This document shows positions 58,701 to 64,000 of a stretch of 64,000 bases of DNA, piece after piece. Each line of letters opens with the position of its first letter. The stretch's first letter is position 1. The stretch covers positions 132,527 to 196,526 of the forward strand of contig BCKQ01000015.1 in NCBI GenBank assembly GCA_001600695.1, given 5' to 3'. The notes under the pieces are model-generated. The model made no database searches, was not told the DNA's origin, and saw only the letters and a program-made list of their open reading frames with translations. Made by a program: the position numbers and the translations under genes. This DNA comes from Ascoidea asiatica JCM 7603 (Eukaryota > Fungi > Ascomycota).

Positions 58701-59644
58701 TTAAAGAAATATTAGCTTACACTGAGTCCAATGCACATGAATGCTCAAGACCTAAATCTCAGGTAGAGTTAGAGCCACTCCATTTTGATTCACAGACACC
58801 TGGAAGGTTGTCGGTGCGTGAATCAGTATCAAATACCTCCATTATTGAGCACAAACTTGATACACAGGTTATTAATGAGATTGTTAAGTAGAGACAGATT
58901 ATTTCTCATTAATATTGCATCTTTGGCAATTATTAATTTTTAATTATAGTTTGTTTTTGATTTTAGTTTTATCTTATGTTTGTTTTTCAATTTGTTTATG
59001 TCACGTGTTTTTATCACAATAAATGCATATGTTCCAAAGGTGTTCCACATGTATGGCTTTAAATTTTATTACAAATATTATTTTGGATGGTAATAAATTT
59101 AAGTTGCCTTAACTTTTGACAGGCAATCTAAATATGTTATGGTAAAATTACCCTTATTAATTAAAGTTGGTAGTGTTTTAGTTAAATTGCCATTTAGTGG
59201 AAAAAGCATGTTCAATATTTGGATGCAAAGTGAAATTAGGTTATTTGTTTGCTTGGATCATTTGAAATGTAAATTGGTTGAATGTAATTGGTCAGCTTTC
59301 AAAGCTGTTTTTATTCACAGATTTTATTGGTCAGTGATTCTTTTGTTGGATTCAACTTTTGGATTTATTACTTCAAAGTTATTTAGCTTTTGAGGTTGTT
59401 TGCTTTGGTGATTCTGTATAACAAAAATCAATTTTCCCTTAATTTGTTTTTATGTTTTGCTTATTAATTTGTGTGTGATTTAGTATTACCAATTAATTTC
59501 ATTTTTTTATTTTTCAAATTACTGTGGTTTTCGAATAAATATAAGTAAGTTAAATATTCTTTATTTATTTTATTTGATTTATTTAAATTTTGTTTTGAAG
59601 TATCTTCGTTTATTATATAAAATTGTATATTATATTATCTACAT

Positions 59645-59780
59645 TTATTAATCTTATTTTATTACTATTATTTTATTAATCTTATTTTATTACTATTATT
59701 TTATTAATTTATTTTATTACTACTATTATTTTATTAATTTATTTTATTACTACTATTATTTTATTAATTTATTTTATTAA
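59645..59780. repeat. AT-rich minisatellite, ~5 x 28-30 bp
   Basis: TTATTAAT(C)TTATTTTATTAC(TAC)TATTATT units. Confidence 0.9.
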
Positions 59781-59830
59781 TAAATTAAATCTTTATTTAA
59801 GCTCACGTTTTACATCTAAGTTTTTTTGAA

Positions 59831-62800
59831 ATGCCTGTTTTAGGTCTTCAAGAAGAACATAGATTATTGCGTGCCACGAATTCTCATCATGGTAGCGCCG
59901 CTAATGATATAACTAATCAAGTTGCTGGAGGTGACAAGGCGTTTACAAACATCATGGATGATGAGAATAATACAGATGGTGGGCTTAATAAACACAATCA
60001 TTTTACTGGTCAAGTAAAATTGACTTCGAAGTCAAATCATTGTGGTCATTTAAAATTTAATTATGCCTTCAATTATGCTAAAGTTACTGCTGTTTTAACC
60101 TCTAAATCCAAATGGAATTTATGGCTTTCTTACTTTGGAAGAGTTATTGGAAAGTTGGGAATCAAAACTGTATTACAATGGCGTATTCCTTTCACTAAAT
60201 TTGAGGATAATATTTCAGATATATTAAATCTTATTGTTACTCTTTGCGTTGGTGATAATCTAGCAGGATGTTTGAGACCCCTTATATCACGGTGTACTAA
60301 ATTTGATTATTTTCCAGAGTAGGAAAACCTAGGATGATATTTGAGATTTTAGCAGATTTAGATAAACTTTCTTTTTCAGGAAAAAATGTAAAAAAGTTAA
60401 TATGAAAGTAAATTCAATTAGGATGGAACTCAGAGGTGCTGAATCTGAGGTTTGAGATGCAACAACTGTTAAATATATTCTAAAATGTTTAGGTGGTAGT
60501 ATGGTTGTATTAAGAACAACTATTAGAGCTCAAAATTCTAAGATTTCGTTGGATGATTTGTTTAATACATTGGTCACAATGAGTGAAGATATTGATGCAA
60601 ATGATGCAACTGACGAAGATTCAAATTTGGGTAACAACAATTTTAATAACAGTGGTAAAAATGAAAAGAAACCCAAAAATTCTAAGAAGAAGAAATTTTC
60701 TGGAAAATGTTTTCATCCTGGAGTCGTTGGTCATAGGAAGGCTCAATGTTTTAAGTTAAAACATGAAAATGGCATTGGTAATAGTAATGATAGAGCAGAA
60801 TCGAAGCAAATTTCACAGAACTTCTAAGATTTGATGCTAATTTAGATTCTTTAAAAAAATTTACTGAAATTAATAATATAATTATAGATTCAGGAGCTGG
60901 TTCATCTATTACAGGTAATAGATTATAATTACACGATATTAATGATTTTAAAGATTCATCATTGAATTTCAAAGAACCAACTGCTAAAAGTTTTACACCT
61001 AAACAAGTTGGTACTTTAGTTTTAGCTAACGATCATGCTGAAATTAAGATTAAATGTCAATATTTTTCTCAAAAGAGACATACACTCAGACATACACTTC
61101 TTTCTGTGTCTGATTTAGAAGATAAGAAAGGAAGTGTTTCAGGTAAAAAACCTATCTTTGGCAAAGCTAAACATAAATTTATTCCTATTTTTGATAAAAG
61201 TAGATTTTGGAATATTGATATGAAATACATTAAGAAACCAGTTGTTTTGATAAATAATGTAAACTTGCATAGCGCATGAGGACATATCAATAAAGATACA
61301 ATTATGAAAAGTATAAATCATGGTTTGTTTGTTGGTGTTAAGCACTCTGATATCAAGGAGATAAAAGATCTTGACTGTCAAGTATGTGCTCTAGAAAACG
61401 CAAAAAGGTTTGCTAATAGAGGATCTATTATGCTAGATCAAATGGCATCATCACCATGGGAAGTTGTGCATAGTGACATAGCTGGTTCATTTAAAAGCAC
61501 GAGTTACTCTTATTTAGGTACATTCACTGATGAATTCACTAGTTATTGTTATACAATACCAATACAAAATAAATTGGAAGTGGTTAAAAGTTTTGATAAT
61601 TTGATTAGATTGGTTGAAACTCAGTATAATGTTAAAATGAAAAGGATTCATAGCATAATGGTGCTGAATATACTTCAAAAGAGATGAATTCTATTTGGAT
61701 TAGGGAAGGAATTTTACAGAGTTATACTACTTATACTCCTGCTTCACACCCTATTTCAGAGAAAAGGAATCACATTTTGGTTAGAGATGCAAAGGTTTTA
61801 TTAGCTGGTAGTCAGAAATTAAAATCCAAGCTAAAGCAATTTTTCTTCGATGCTATTTTATATGGAAACATGTTAACAAATTGTACATTTAACAATAAAT
61901 TAGGAGACAGTCCTTACCATTACTTATCTGGTAAGGAACTTAACATTAGAAAATTTCATGATTTTGGAATAGAGGTTGTGGTAACCGATCTAAGCATAAA
62001 AGATAAAATGAAATCGAAAGGTGTTGTTGGTTATTATATAAGTCCTTCAACAAAATGTTTCTGATGGAAAATTTTTATTGAACGTTTAAATAAGTGTATT
62101 GGCACTAAACATGTTAGATTTTTCACACATGGTATTTCTCAAGAAAATATCTATGACAATTCTGAGAAAGAATGGGAAGATATTGATATGGAAGTTTAAA
62201 ATGAAAATAAATCAGGAACTACAAATAAAAATGTAATTCCAATTGGTAAAGATGATAGGTACACAGGTCATGGTGACAGAGAAGTAATTAATATTGTTCC
62301 AAAATTGGAAAATGTTGGTGAAAATGAAGATTTAGGTCATGAGTACGAAATTGAGAAAAGGCTGCTAGTGGGGATTCTGATGAAGTTATTTCAAAGAACT
62401 TGCAATCAGATCTTGTTAATGCGAAAGATACCATATCTATGAATGATAGGACAATTTCATCTGGGACTAGGAAACATTTCGAAAGCAAAATAACCAAGCC
62501 TGTAACAAATAAAGATGTTTCTAGCCTATACAAGACCAAAATCAAATTCTTAGTCAATAACTTAGATGTTGAAAATTTGTAATAGGATTTACGTGATGAT
62601 ATCTTGATGATAAATAATATTCATCCAGTTGTTATTCCATAATCATTTAAGCAAGCAGAAGCTTCACAAGAATGGTTAAAGTGTAAAGAAGCTATAGATA
62701 AAGAGATTGAAAGTTTAGAACTTCATAATACTTGCAGTAAGCTTTCAATGATAGTGATGCATGGAATTGAAGACCAATCAGAACAGAATGGGTTTTTAAT

Positions 62801-63569
62801 ATCAAAGGAAATGGTGTATTTAATGCCAGATTAGTTGCTTTAGGTAATCTTCAAAATGGTAATACTAATGATGACAAATATGCTCCAACATTAGATATGG
62901 CTATGTTAAATATATGTATTCGATTATGCTCGAGGACAATGTTAGTTTTCAATGTGATGGACATTTCAACTGCTTACTTAAATGGTGAGCTTGATAAAGA
63001 TATTTTTATATATGTACCTGATGGTATGAAGGAGCTTATGGAAAAAGTAGACTGGAAAAATTGCAAAAGGCATTGTATGGTTTGAAACCAAGTGGTAGAT
63101 TATGGTACTCAACCATAGCTGCTTTTCCCAAAGAAAATAATTACGAGGATTCTCCAATGGCCCCTTCTGTTTATTTACGGAAGAAAAATTTAGAATTTAT
63201 AGCTATTGTATTAGTCTTTGTTGATGATATGGTATTTAGGACTAAAGGTGAGGAAGTGTTTAAGAACCTTATGAGTATTATTCAAAACAAATTCAAGTCT
63301 AGAATTACACTTAAACATTATGATGATACAGGTATGCCGTTGGGTTTCAATGTTGAAAAGATTTTTAACACACATGGATCAATCAAAGAAATGAGATTAT
63401 CGTTAGAAGATAATATCACAAAGTTGTTTAAAGCTAATGATTGTATTAATGATAAAAGACGTATTCCAACTTCGAGTGGCTTTTATTTTAAATTAGATGA
63501 TGCAAAATTTGATTATGATGTAGATAATTTAGCAAATTGTAGCAAGAATTACAGATCGATTGTTGGATC
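59831..63569 (+). mobile_element. Degenerate Ty1/copia retrotransposon, 3'-truncated within RT
   Basis: PBS TGGTAGCGCCGCT at 59890. Knuckle CFHPGVVGHRKAQC; PR IILDSGA; IN H..GHIN..CQVC, VHSDIAG, FTDEFT; RT WVFNIK..ARLVA.G, MDISTAYLNG, KALYGLKPSGRLWY, VFVDDM, YRSIVGSL. Domain order is PR-IN-RT. Confidence 0.95.
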
Positions 63570-64000
63570 GCTGCGGTTATGGGTACGACTAGACGCAAAA
63601 ACTATTCATTCAAGAGGCTTTTCAAGGACCGTAATGAGCGCACCGGACAAGGCAAAAGTGCCTTGCTCTTCCTACCATAAAGCCCTATCTCTGGATAATC
63701 CAATTCCAGGGCGATAAGTAGTTAAGAAGAAAAGAAAACTCCTCCCAGGGCTCACACCGATGTCACCTCTCTCAGTTACGTTACCGTAGAGATTCTGCAT
63801 TCTAGTTCAGGAATTTTGACCTGATTCCCTTTCGATGGAGGCCTTAAAAATAAGGCACTTTGAAACGGAATTCCCCCATCTCTTAGGATCGACTGACCCG
63901 TAGCCAACTGCTGTTTCTACGGAACCCTTCCCCACTTCAGTCTTCAAAGTTCTCATTTGAATATTTGCTACTACCACCAAGATCTGCACTAGAGGCCGTT
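63570..64000 (-). rRNA. 25S (LSU) rRNA segment, 3'-truncated, continuing beyond the window
   Basis: Reverse complement contains AACGGCCTCTAGTGCAGATCTTGGTGGTAGTAGCAAATATTCAAATGAGAACTTTGAAGACTGAAGTGGGGAA...ATAACCGCAGC. The LR7 primer sequence TACTACCACCAAGATCT is present on the + strand. Confidence 0.97.

Noticed and set aside
63807-63989. 60-aa ORF
   Set aside because: Lies entirely within the 25S rRNA sequence.

Overview
Very AT-rich budding-yeast (Saccharomycotina) nuclear DNA. The Asn-rich proteins, LRR gene expansion and rare CTG codons suggest an Ascoidea-like lineage (inference only). 1-28 kb is genic: a partial fungal transcription-factor gene, a 1162-aa Rho-like/DH-PH fusion protein, two F-box-like/LRR paralogs, BMT2, an Hrk1-like kinase, AIM14, an endopolygalacturonase and a divergent Ypk-like kinase. 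19-37 kb is organised by tRNA-anchored inverted duplications: a Glu-Lys(-Phe) module in three copies, plus a tRNA-Leu/pseudo-Leu pair. These enclose gene relics (LRR, SKI2, OPT). 38-41 kb holds two orphan ORFs. 41-63.5 kb has no intact genes and is a transposon graveyard: a degenerate full-length Ty3-clade element, LTR-like repeats, piggyBac, Mutator, possible hAT, an ABCC fragment and Ty1/copia. It ends where the copia RT is fused directly to an antisense 25S rRNA segment that runs off the window. The best novelty candidates are the Rho-GEF fusion, the tRNA-upstream F-box/LRR family, the nested tRNA inverted repeats (invertible segment or centromere candidate), and a piggyBac in a budding yeast.
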